From a virus (lineage: Duplodnaviria; Caudoviricetes), in IMG/VR virus record IMGVR_UViG_3300045391_005020: a stretch of DNA of 64,000 nt; one strand, 5' to 3'. The notes below the pieces were generated by a model. It searched no databases, was not told where the DNA came from, and was given only the letters and a program-made list of their open reading frames with translations. Of the stretch, positions 36,837-45,416 are shown one piece after another (within the stretch, counting starts at the first letter, position 1; every line of letters begins with the position of its first letter). The position numbers and the translations under genes are program-made.

Positions 36837-38262
36837 GCTTCCGGTACACTCTGAGACGATTCTGCGATCTGGACTCCAGGTCGCTCGAGAATCGGTCGAT
36901 GAAATCGATCAGGAGTCCATGCGTCTTCTGCTTCTCGGAACCGAGACGGCTCAGACGCCCAGGAACCTGGGTCGAATGGATTTCCGAGCCCAAGCCGTCG
37001 GCCCGGACCAGGATGTTGAGGTCTTGAAAATTGACGCCCTTCGACCACACGAAGGTGGCTATCACGCGCCTGAGTTTCCCCGACGCGAAGTCCGCCTTGT
37101 ACCGTTTCCGGTCTTTGGTGGTGCACAGCAACTGGCCCGGCAGCAGCGCTCCGTCCTTCTGGAGCTCCTGCGCTCGGTCCGCGTCGATCTCGCCGGTCAC
37201 GACCGTAAACTCCGGCATGAGCTGCTGGAGCCGGTACGCGTGCTCGGCTTTATCGACCATGATCAGGACCTGGGCATCCTCGCCGTACTCGGCCAGGGCC
37301 CGGTGGGTCGCGATCGTGATGAGCTGATTGCGCGCCAGGTTGTTCCAGATGCCGGCCCGATCCTTCAGATCTTTGCGGTCGAGGCCGGTGACGTCCGGGC
37401 CCTTTCGGCACTCGAACGCCCACACCTTGAGGGGAACCACGTTGCCGCTTTGGACCGCTTCATCGTATTCGATTTCCGCGATCTTGGGTCCGAACAGGGC
37501 CTCAATAAAACCATCGCCGTTGTCGGAGCGGCCTTCCGGCGATGCGGTCATGCCCAGGAACTTCGCGCGCCGGAATTGCACCAGCACGTTCCGGAACATC
37601 TCGCTCACCAGGGAATGGCACTCGTCGCCGATCAGGAGCGCGGCGTTCTTGTCGCAGTGCTTGAGCGAGTGGCTGATTGCGACCGTGACCCGTTGCGGGT
37701 TCACTTCGCCGTCACCCACGAACCCGATCTCGGGATCGTACCTGCGCAGGGAATCATAAATCTCGCGGGCCACGTCCTTGGACGGGACCGTGAAGATGAT
37801 CTTGGAATCCGGGTACAGCCGCATGATCTGGTAGAGCAGGAAGGACTTTCCCCATCCGGTCGGGCAATGGATGACCCCGTTCCGGCTTGCCAGCATGTTG
37901 GCCAATACCCCGGCTTGGTTGCCGCGCCATTCGACGTTCTGGACCAGATCGAACCTGGGCTCGGGCAATCCCGATGGCATCAGATCTTCCTCGGTGACAT
38001 CGATGCCGGCGCCCTTGAGCGTATCGGTGATGCGCTGGCCGTAGCCAGACAGGCAGTAGAACACGCGGCGCCCAGTCTTGGGGTGCGTGTCGTACCAATA
38101 GTTCCGCATCTCGTTCGGGACCTGGCGGCGCTGCCACCCGTTGGAGTGGCAGGGCTGCTCGTGTTCCACCAGCGTGACTGTACACGCCTGGTGGAACCGG
38201 GCCCCGAGCTCAGCGGGCTCCAGGGCCATGATGCGTCCAATATAGGACACTACAGCACCCAT
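36808..38262 (-). CDS. SF2 DExH helicase (UvsW-like)
   Basis: PTGWGKS, DECH, GMTASP, KGVN, QVPGRLSR. Confidence 0.9.
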   Translation of the reverse strand: MGAVVSYIGRIMALEPAELGARFHQACTVTLVEHEQPCHSNGWQRRQVPNEMRNYWYDTHPKTGRRVFYCLSGYGQRITDTLKGAGIDVTEEDLMPSGLPEPRFDLVQNVEWRGNQAGVLANMLASRNGVIHCPTGWGKSFLLYQIMRLYPDSKIIFTVPSKDVAREIYDSLRRYDPEIGFVGDGEVNPQRVTVAISHSLKHCDKNAALLIGDECHSLVSEMFRNVLVQFRRAKFLGMTASPEGRSDNGDGFIEALFGPKIAEIEYDEAVQSGNVVPLKVWAFECRKGPDVTGLDRKDLKDRAGIWNNLARNQLITIATHRALAEYGEDAQVLIMVDKAEHAYRLQQLMPEFTVVTGEIDADRAQELQKDGALLPGQLLCTTKDRKRYKADFASGKLRRVIATFVWSKGVNFQDLNILVRADGLGSEIHSTQVPGRLSRLGSEKQKTHGLLIDFIDRFSSDLESRSQNRLRVYRKHGWQIQKIS

Positions 38263-38324
38263 ATGAGCCTCGTGATTTTGGCCGGTAGCATTGCGAGCTA
38301 AATAATTACAGCAATTAACGCTCA

Positions 38325-38344
38325 GTCAATACCATTGTTTTGAG
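38325..38344 (-). promoter_or_regulatory. ACAAT-N4-TTGAC promoter motif copy (replication operon)
   Basis: CTCAAAACAATGGTATTGAC, followed by TG-TAATTAT. Confidence 0.65.
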
Positions 38345-38410
38345 TCAATTCGGACCCATCAATCCGTGGTGGGTCGGCCATGTGCATCCACAAGGCCAGT
38401 TAGGTTATAA

Positions 38411-38438
38411 GCGGGCCAGGAGTCGCCTCCTGGCCCGC
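38411..38438 (-). terminator. terminator closing the Ubl cassette
   Basis: GCGGGCCAGGAG-N4-CTCCTGGCCCGC. Confidence 0.65.
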
Positions 38439-38469
38439 AGACACGTTCAGCGGCAAACGCCGCTGTCAG

Positions 38470-38988
38470 TTAGTTACCCTTGATCTTGCGGACCAAGTGG
38501 ACGCTGTCGTTGTTCGACAGGATGTGGTCGAGACCGACCACGCGACCGCCGGAGCGGATCTCGAGGCCCGAGATGTCGCCCAAGCCGGCGGTGTCGATGG
38601 CGCAGCGCACGCTGCGGTCGCCGTTCAGGGTGATCTCGGTGATGACGCCCGGGAGCTTGCCGATGCGAACGCGAATGAAGTCGTCGTTCTCTTCGTCGCC
38701 CGCGTCGTCGTCGAGGTCATCGTCGCCGTAGGTGTCGTCGTCGCCGTCGACATCGTCGCTGTAGTCGGGGGCGTTGCCCTTGATCTTGCGGAGCAGGAGC
38801 ACGGTCTGGCCGTCGCTCAAGGTGGTGTCGAGAGTGGCGTCGGCGCCGCTGACGCGGATCTGGTAGCCGTCGGCCACGAGGCCCGCGAGCTCCAGCGCCT
38901 TGCGGACGCTGCGATCGTTAACGAGTCCGACGTCCTGCATCGCGCCGCCGGGAGCAATGCCAACCTTAACAGTGATGGTGACTTCCAT
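38470..38988 (-). CDS. tandem ubiquitin-like (beta-grasp) protein, two units each ending RKIKGN
   Basis: Internal duplication (DRSVR.A...AGL...IR..G.....D..L...D/Q.V.L.RKIKGN) joined by an acidic linker; ThiS/MoaD/Ubl-like pattern; strong RBS. Confidence 0.8.
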   Translation of the reverse strand: MEVTITVKVGIAPGGAMQDVGLVNDRSVRKALELAGLVADGYQIRVSGADATLDTTLSDGQTVLLLRKIKGNAPDYSDDVDGDDDTYGDDDLDDDAGDEENDDFIRVRIGKLPGVITEITLNGDRSVRCAIDTAGLGDISGLEIRSGGRVVGLDHILSNNDSVHLVRKIKGN

Positions 38989-39071
38989 GGTATATACCTT
39001 TCAGGGGTAGTGAGAATTCAAGTGGTGAAACGAATCAGTGATGAACACAGGGAAACTGGGAAACAGAGAAA

Positions 39072-39764
39072 CTAGATTTCGCCGGCAACCAAATTGAGCG
39101 GTTGCAGGCCGACGATCGTGGAGAGCTCCGGAAGAATCGACCCAGGAGCGGCGTTCTGGTAGCTGAACCAACGGATGAGATGCCAGACCGCGATGCTCGA
39201 GATACAGGCCGCGGTGGCCCCGACCGTAGTAGCGGCGCCACAAGCTGACGTCTCCGCTTCTGCGTCGGTGTAGGTCATGGTGCCTTCCCAATACTGGATC
39301 TGGGAGGGCTCGCAGGGATTGATCGCGTAGATGCGCCCGGAGTCGGCGCCCATCCTGGTTTCCACCATGAGGGCGACGTGGGCCTTGTACTTCAGCGACT
39401 TTTCCCAGATCGCCTTGCGCGATTCCATGGTGTCGGTCAGCAGGAAAACGATGGAGCCGAGCTGTTCGCCACCCAGGACCTTGACCGGGTGCATCGTGAT
39501 GGCGGTACCGGTTTGGCGCTGCACGAATTCCGCAAGCGCCTCGACTTTCAATTTACCGATATCGTCATTGCCGAAGACCTGGTTGGCGATGTTGTGTTCG
39601 GCCACAACATCGTCGTCCCAGACGTGGATGTTCTGGATCCCGAGCTTCGCGAGCTCGAGAACGACTCGACTCCCGGTCGCGCCGGCGCCGATCACATCGA
39701 CGCGACGGTTAGCGAATTGACCGGGATCGAATACTTTCAAGTGTCTGAGTGCGTCAACAGCCAT
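39072..39764 (-). CDS. ThiF/MoeB/E1-like activating enzyme
   Basis: VIGAGATGS, WDDDVV.EHNIANQ, GKLKV, LTDTMESR, candidate catalytic Cys in ETSACG. Confidence 0.9.
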   Translation of the reverse strand: MAVDALRHLKVFDPGQFANRRVDVIGAGATGSRVVLELAKLGIQNIHVWDDDVVAEHNIANQVFGNDDIGKLKVEALAEFVQRQTGTAITMHPVKVLGGEQLGSIVFLLTDTMESRKAIWEKSLKYKAHVALMVETRMGADSGRIYAINPCEPSQIQYWEGTMTYTDAEAETSACGAATTVGATAACISSIAVWHLIRWFSYQNAAPGSILPELSTIVGLQPLNLVAGEI

Positions 39765-39772
39765 GGGAAACC

Positions 39773-40843
39773 TCAGATGTTGGGGAATTCAATGTGTTGT
39801 TCGTCCACAAGAATCGGGGCCGGAACCTCCGGCTGGGTTGCTGGAACTTCTTGAGGGGCGGGCAAGCTCGGGGCCCTGCCGGCCTTTACTTCGTCGATGT
39901 GACGGATGATCTCGGTGGCTTCATTGGCCGCGTTCTGTTTGCGGGCCAAAGCTTCGGCGCGGAACAATTTGCGCAGACGCTTGGCCTCGCGACGTTCCTC
40001 GCGGGTCTTGTACTTGAAGCCATTGGTGCGCGCGAGATGTCCGAAGAACTCGTCTTCGGGAGTCTCGCGCCTGCTGGATCGCATGACTTCATTCGCGAAC
40101 TCGCGATCGGCGGCCGTATCGAAGTCGTCGTCGCGGAAGTCCATGTAGCCGTAGCCGTCTTCGTCCCAGGTGCGGCCAGAGTATGCACCCTGAGCCGGAG
40201 TCTGGTTGTTGTACGGATGCTGATACCCGGAGTGACGTCCCGCGTAGTAGCCGTGACCGTACGGATTCGACGGCGCGGCGTAGGTGATCTTCTTGACCTT
40301 GTCGGCGATCTCCTTCTCCCAATAGGCGCGGCGTCCCGCGTCCAACGGAAGATCGATCGACCACTCGACGTCCCTGATCACCAGCTTGGCGGCAAATAGG
40401 AAGACGTCGAACTTGGCCTCGCGCTTCTTGTTGAAGATGCCGCGGATGAAGAACTCAGCACCGTTCTGCTGAAAGTCCTTCATCTGCGACTCGTCTTGGC
40501 CCGACGGACTCACGCCCATGTTGACGTGGCTGTGGCCCCAGAAGCGGATCCGATTGATGATCTCGTCCGCGTCGGTGCGCTGGCTCAGCTCGTTGTACAG
40601 GACTTCTTGTCCTTCCGGAGTCAGCTCGGTCGTGGTGGAGTGCACCTGCTGGCCCGGCATGAAGATCTCGTCGATCACATAGTCGTTTCCGCGTTGGTAC
40701 ACGGAACCGAGCCAACCGACCTCGTCGCCGACGATGTCGACCAGATGCCACATATCCTCGTAGGCATCCGGGTGGATGAAGATCTTTGGGGTCTCGATCT
40801 TGGGCATCTCGACCACGGTGTTGAATACGTGTGGACTAAACAT
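39773..40843 (-). CDS. JAB/JAMM metalloprotease (DUB-like)
   Basis: E (DEVGW) plus exact HxH-x7-S-x2-D motif (HSHVNMGVSPSGQD). Confidence 0.9.
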   Translation of the reverse strand: MFSPHVFNTVVEMPKIETPKIFIHPDAYEDMWHLVDIVGDEVGWLGSVYQRGNDYVIDEIFMPGQQVHSTTTELTPEGQEVLYNELSQRTDADEIINRIRFWGHSHVNMGVSPSGQDESQMKDFQQNGAEFFIRGIFNKKREAKFDVFLFAAKLVIRDVEWSIDLPLDAGRRAYWEKEIADKVKKITYAAPSNPYGHGYYAGRHSGYQHPYNNQTPAQGAYSGRTWDEDGYGYMDFRDDDFDTAADREFANEVMRSSRRETPEDEFFGHLARTNGFKYKTREERREAKRLRKLFRAEALARKQNAANEATEIIRHIDEVKAGRAPSLPAPQEVPATQPEVPAPILVDEQHIEFPNI

Positions 40844-40857
40844 GGTACCTTTCACCC

Positions 40858-42801
40858 TCAAACGAGGGGACGTCCATTCGCATCGCATTCGCGACCGTCA
40901 GGAGTGAAGTAAGTCACCGTCGGGATGCCGTTCACGTCGTTCGGCGCCTGTGCAGGAGCCGCCGCAGGGCGCAGCTTGATCTTCTCCGCGATCGCTTTCA
41001 TGCGATCACGGTCGGCTTGGATGCGGGCCGCTTCGGCCGCGTCGATCTTGACGTATTCCTCGTCGGTCTTGGCGAGCGGCCAGCGGTCGCACTTGGCGCC
41101 GGCTGGGTCGTCGACATTCACGCTCTGGAGATACCCGATCAGGAAGTCCGCCAGGGAGGCGTACTCGTACATCGCGATGAGCTGCGACACCGTCGATTCC
41201 GCGTTACCCCAGCACGCATGTCCGTCCGCGAAAACGTGCGGAGCATTCATGCCGTTCTGGTAGCCAGGGATCGTTTGGGTCAGATTACGGAACGTGACCG
41301 AGCCGCGGTTCTGATCGATGTCGATCTGCATCTTGCCGAGCTCGTGCCGTTTGTTGGAACGAGGATCGACGAAGAACAGACGCTTGGTCCGGATCGAGAA
41401 GATATTGCCGCGGAACTTGATGCTTTCGATGCTGGAGTTCCTGCACAGGGCATCGAACTCGCCACCATACTTGGTCGCGTCGACCTTGGTAACCGTCAGG
41501 AGCGACTCGTATTGCTTACGAGCCATTTCGAATTGCCGAATCGCATCGGTCAGCTGCTCGCGGCAGGACTTGACCGTGTTCTGGCGATTCTGGAAATTGT
41601 CCTGGTAGTTCTTCTTGGTCGCTTCGATGCGGGACTGACAGACTTCCATGTACTTCGCGCGGTGCTGCTCGAGCGGGGGCTCGACCGGACCGCCGGTGAT
41701 CAACAGATTGATGCCTTCCTCGCAGATCTTCTGCAGGATCTGCAATTCCTCGGTCTGGCCGTAATGGCACAGGTCGGGGTAGATGTACAGGTTGTGAGCA
41801 TCGATCGAGCCGATCTCGTCACCCTCGGTCGTCATGATCGGAATGCCCGTCTGGCTGACCGTGAAGGAGCCGCAGTCGCGGCACGGAAGGCCGATGCCCC
41901 AAGCGCGGTTGTTGCGCATGAAGACGCGATCGGTGTCCCGGTCGGTGTGATGCGGCGACGAACGGACATGCACGGTGAACCCGGTAGTGGCCTGCGGGTT
42001 GGCGCGACCGTGCGGAACACATAGCGTGACATCCATCCCGAGGCGTTCAGCCAGCTGAGTCTGGAGCATGTTGATCCAGCTCTGCTTTGCGTTGGACGCG
42101 CCGTCCCATTGGGCGACGCGAACCGTCGGAGGCGGGGGCAGCTCGGATTCGAGCGGACCCTGAGCAGGTATGATCGGAGCCACCAACGATGCCGCAGCCA
42201 CGCCCGCGATCGCAGTCGCGAAGATGGTGTCGAAGAAGTTGGTTTCGGCCGGCACGGCAGGAGCTTCGGCAGCCGGAGCCGCCGGAGCAGGCGTGGTGCC
42301 AGTAGACACCAATTCCGCGTGCAGGATGCCTTCGAACGGCGACGCGCGGTGACGGACAACCTGAAAACCATTACTGGTCAGCAGGGTCATACCGGCTTCG
42401 TCGATCAAGTTCACGCTGTTGCGACCGAACATCTCGGTCGCGTGGATGACGATGCCGAGGCGGTCCAGGGTATCCCGGGGAACCGTCTCGACGTTGACTC
42501 CGTACATGGTTGCCGTTTCTTCCGGCATAGTGTGGTCCTCTAGGTATTGACGTGCGAAAGAGTGACTGTCGTCGACAGCCATGAGACGAATCGGATGTGG
42601 TCCCGGTGTGACGAAGTACTGCCGAGGCATAATGAGCCGTCGCTGCAGTTCTTCCCATTGCGCCATGACCCGCGACTCGACCTCCAACATATTGACACTT
42701 TGGATGAGTGGTCGCGGGGCATCGTTCGTGATCAGCATCGCGTTCATGTCCGCCTCCATGGCGGCCCAATCGATCGTGATTTGTGGTCTACGAATTTGCA
42801 T
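40858..42801 (-). CDS. coiled-coil protein with C-terminal E2/UBC-like domain
   Basis: APHVFADGHACWGN matches the (H/P)H/N..x-G-x-x-C E2 active-site loop; preceding coiled coil; possible second start with GAGGA RBS at 42528. Confidence 0.65.
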   Translation of the reverse strand: MQIRRPQITIDWAAMEADMNAMLITNDAPRPLIQSVNMLEVESRVMAQWEELQRRLIMPRQYFVTPGPHPIRLMAVDDSHSFARQYLEDHTMPEETATMYGVNVETVPRDTLDRLGIVIHATEMFGRNSVNLIDEAGMTLLTSNGFQVVRHRASPFEGILHAELVSTGTTPAPAAPAAEAPAVPAETNFFDTIFATAIAGVAAASLVAPIIPAQGPLESELPPPPTVRVAQWDGASNAKQSWINMLQTQLAERLGMDVTLCVPHGRANPQATTGFTVHVRSSPHHTDRDTDRVFMRNNRAWGIGLPCRDCGSFTVSQTGIPIMTTEGDEIGSIDAHNLYIYPDLCHYGQTEELQILQKICEEGINLLITGGPVEPPLEQHRAKYMEVCQSRIEATKKNYQDNFQNRQNTVKSCREQLTDAIRQFEMARKQYESLLTVTKVDATKYGGEFDALCRNSSIESIKFRGNIFSIRTKRLFFVDPRSNKRHELGKMQIDIDQNRGSVTFRNLTQTIPGYQNGMNAPHVFADGHACWGNAESTVSQLIAMYEYASLADFLIGYLQSVNVDDPAGAKCDRWPLAKTDEEYVKIDAAEAARIQADRDRMKAIAEKIKLRPAAAPAQAPNDVNGIPTVTYFTPDGRECDANGRPLV

Positions 42802-42802
42802 G

Positions 42803-45163
42803 TCAGACCGTCACGACGTGATCAAGGAAACTCATCAGAGATTCCTCATGGGTGACGACGAGAATCTGTCGGCCAGAGTGCTGGGACATTTCCTTCAGTT
42901 TCAGGAGCAAGGTTTGCAGGTGCTGGATGTTGTCCTTGTCGAGGTACGTCGATGGCTCGTCGAACACCAACAGGCCCACGGAGCGGGCGAAGGTGTCGGA
43001 CATGGCCAGACGAAAACTCGCCGAGGCGACGATCTTTTGTCCACCCGACAAACGGGCAGCGTCGATCTCCATCCCGTCTTCGAACCTGACCCGGAACGAC
43101 ATGTCGTCCGCGAGCCACATCCGGAACGGAGCTTCCCAGACCGTGAGGTAGTGCTCGATCCTTATATTCAGGATACGAGCATACTCGCGCATCATGAGCG
43201 CTGGCAGATTGGTGACGTGCAGGACGTCACGGACTTTGCGAACTTCTGAAACCCAGGACGCGTCCTTGGCTTCGCGATTGAGCTGCTCACGCAGATGCGT
43301 GACCTGTGCGGTCCGCTGTTCGGCGCATGCCTTCGCGATCCCGAAGTTCTGACCCAGCTCCGCCAACGCGGTGCGGGCCAACCCGAGCGCGACGGCTTGC
43401 TGTTTTGCGGTCTCGAGGTCTTGCTGACTCGGCATCGCAATCGTGTCTCCGAGCTGCGATCGCAGAGTAAGTGCATTCGTACAAGCCGCAGTTGCCGCCT
43501 GGCGTTGCTGTCCGAGCAAGCGCCACTGGTAGTCGGCCTGACGATGCGACTCGATGAGCTGCTGGTATTGCCCCAGGAAATCCCGGAGCGCCGCCAACGG
43601 TGCTTCATCGGGTTTCTGCTGGGGAGCGCCCTGGAGTTGCGCGGCCAAAAGGTCGCGCTTCCGCAGAGCATCGTTGAACGCCGTGATCTTGGCGGTCATC
43701 TCGGCGAGTTCTTGCTGCGCGCCCTGGAGGCGGCTACGGCGAACGTCGAGTTCGACTTTCACCACGTCGCGGGCCATCTGTTCCAGTTTGGCCAGTTCGG
43801 CGTCGATTTGGGTGATCCTTCCGCCGATCCGATCGGACAACTGTTTGAAGTCCGTTTTGATTTTCTCTTCTTCAAGAGAGATCGCTTTCCTGAGGTTCGA
43901 GCACTCGTTCTGAAGATCAGGAACGTGCGCAGCGAAAGCCTGATTGCAGGTCGGACACTGGCCCTTCTCGGCAGCCAGCAGGTGGTTGGTGGCGCGTTGG
44001 TATTCCATCTCGAGCCGCACCAACTCCGGAGACTTCATCTTCTCGATCGCGATCGCCTGCTTGAACTCGGCCAGGAGACTCGCCTTCTCATCCTTGAGTG
44101 TCTGTTCGACCGGAAGAGACGGCAGTGGAGCGCGGCCATCGACGATGGCTTTCATGGAATCGTGCTGAACCTGGAACTCGACAACCGCTTGGCGCAGGCG
44201 CGCAAGTGTGCTCTCGTCTCCAGGTTGATTGAGTTCTTGCAGTGCCTTCTGGGCGGCGGCGAGTTCGTTCCGCAGATGCTCGGCCTGTCCGTACTGGCTG
44301 ACCGCTTGTTCGATCTGCTGGATCTGCGACTGAGCCGCTTCTGCTTGCGGTTTCATTGTCTCGAGCGCCTTCAGGATCCGCTTCAGCTCCTCGGCCGCCT
44401 TGTCTCCTTCCGGAGACAGCCGCTGAACTTCCGCGATGGCCTCTTCGACCAGCCGATCGGCATGCTGGATCGCCGCGGCGGTCCTTGTGGCCTCGAGGGC
44501 CTGCTGGATCACCTTCTCGGCCGGCTCGAGCTGCGCGATCTCGGCCTTGCGGGCCGTGATCTGCTGGTCGAGCGTGTCGAGTTCCTGCTGGCTCGTCAGA
44601 ACCAACTGGGTTGCGGTCTGGAGCTGTTCATCGAGACCTGTGGTGACCTGGTAAGCATTCGCTTCCTGGGTCAGCCACTTGTGGGCCTCTGCGGCCTGAT
44701 TGAGCCCGAAGGTCTGTTGGAACTCCTTCAGGCGGTCAGACGCACGGGCGTACAGGATCGAGTCGATCTTGCCCTGCGGGATGAAGACGTTGTCGAGCAG
44801 AGTGTCCATGTTGGCGCCCAAGAGGCGCACTAGGAACTCCTCGACCTCGGCCTGTTTGGAAATCGTGGTCTCGTCGAACTTGAGCGAGACCTTCGACGAT
44901 TCGATCGCGCGCCGGATCGTGTACTCGGTGTCGCCGGCCTCGAAGGTCAGCTCCACGTACCCTTTTTCGGCGCCGTGCTTCAGGTTGTCCGTCTTGGTGC
45001 CCGGGTTGATCGACTCGCCCGTGATGGCGAATCGCATCGCATCCAGGAGGTTCGACTTGCCGCGCCCGTTCGTACCCAGGATGCCGTTCAGACCGGCCCT
45101 GAATTCGACGTCGAGCGTGCTATGCTGACACCAATTGCGAAGGCGCACGGTTGTGATGTGCAT
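42803..45163 (-). CDS. sbcC: SbcC/Rad50-like ATPase (gp46-like)
   Basis: GTNGRGKS, IPQG Q-loop, CPTC hook, LSGG, FDEP, VTH. Confidence 0.95.
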   Translation of the reverse strand: MHITTVRLRNWCQHSTLDVEFRAGLNGILGTNGRGKSNLLDAMRFAITGESINPGTKTDNLKHGAEKGYVELTFEAGDTEYTIRRAIESSKVSLKFDETTISKQAEVEEFLVRLLGANMDTLLDNVFIPQGKIDSILYARASDRLKEFQQTFGLNQAAEAHKWLTQEANAYQVTTGLDEQLQTATQLVLTSQQELDTLDQQITARKAEIAQLEPAEKVIQQALEATRTAAAIQHADRLVEEAIAEVQRLSPEGDKAAEELKRILKALETMKPQAEAAQSQIQQIEQAVSQYGQAEHLRNELAAAQKALQELNQPGDESTLARLRQAVVEFQVQHDSMKAIVDGRAPLPSLPVEQTLKDEKASLLAEFKQAIAIEKMKSPELVRLEMEYQRATNHLLAAEKGQCPTCNQAFAAHVPDLQNECSNLRKAISLEEEKIKTDFKQLSDRIGGRITQIDAELAKLEQMARDVVKVELDVRRSRLQGAQQELAEMTAKITAFNDALRKRDLLAAQLQGAPQQKPDEAPLAALRDFLGQYQQLIESHRQADYQWRLLGQQRQAATAACTNALTLRSQLGDTIAMPSQQDLETAKQQAVALGLARTALAELGQNFGIAKACAEQRTAQVTHLREQLNREAKDASWVSEVRKVRDVLHVTNLPALMMREYARILNIRIEHYLTVWEAPFRMWLADDMSFRVRFEDGMEIDAARLSGGQKIVASASFRLAMSDTFARSVGLLVFDEPSTYLDKDNIQHLQTLLLKLKEMSQHSGRQILVVTHEESLMSFLDHVVTV

Positions 45164-45203
45164 GGTGGACTTTCAGACTGGGCCGCGGGCGCGGCTGTGG
45201 CGT

Positions 45204-45407
45204 TCAGACTGGGATCATGGCGCCGCAGTGCCCTTCGGGGTCACGGTCGTCGCCATTTGTATCGTCAAGGTGGCCGAGTCCAGTCCATTGTTTCGATATT
45301 TTCAACAATGGTCGCTCAGACAACTCTAACGTCTCGGAATGTATCACCTTGCGCTGTATGACATCCCCATGGAGGAGTCTGAGCGCGCTTTCAACTTTGC
45401 GGTTCAC
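45204..45407 (-). CDS. hypothetical protein
   Basis: ORF with GAAGGA RBS. Confidence 0.5.
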   Translation of the reverse strand: MNRKVESALRLLHGDVIQRKVIHSETLELSERPLLKISKQWTGLGHLDDTNGDDRDPEGHCGAMIPV

Positions 45408-45416
45408 AAGAATCCT

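Noticed and set aside
39072-39764. ThiF as a thiamine/molybdopterin biosynthesis auxiliary metabolic gene
   Set aside because: No thiG, moaE or cysteine desulfurase nearby; neighbours are E2-like and JAB genes, which favours protein conjugation.
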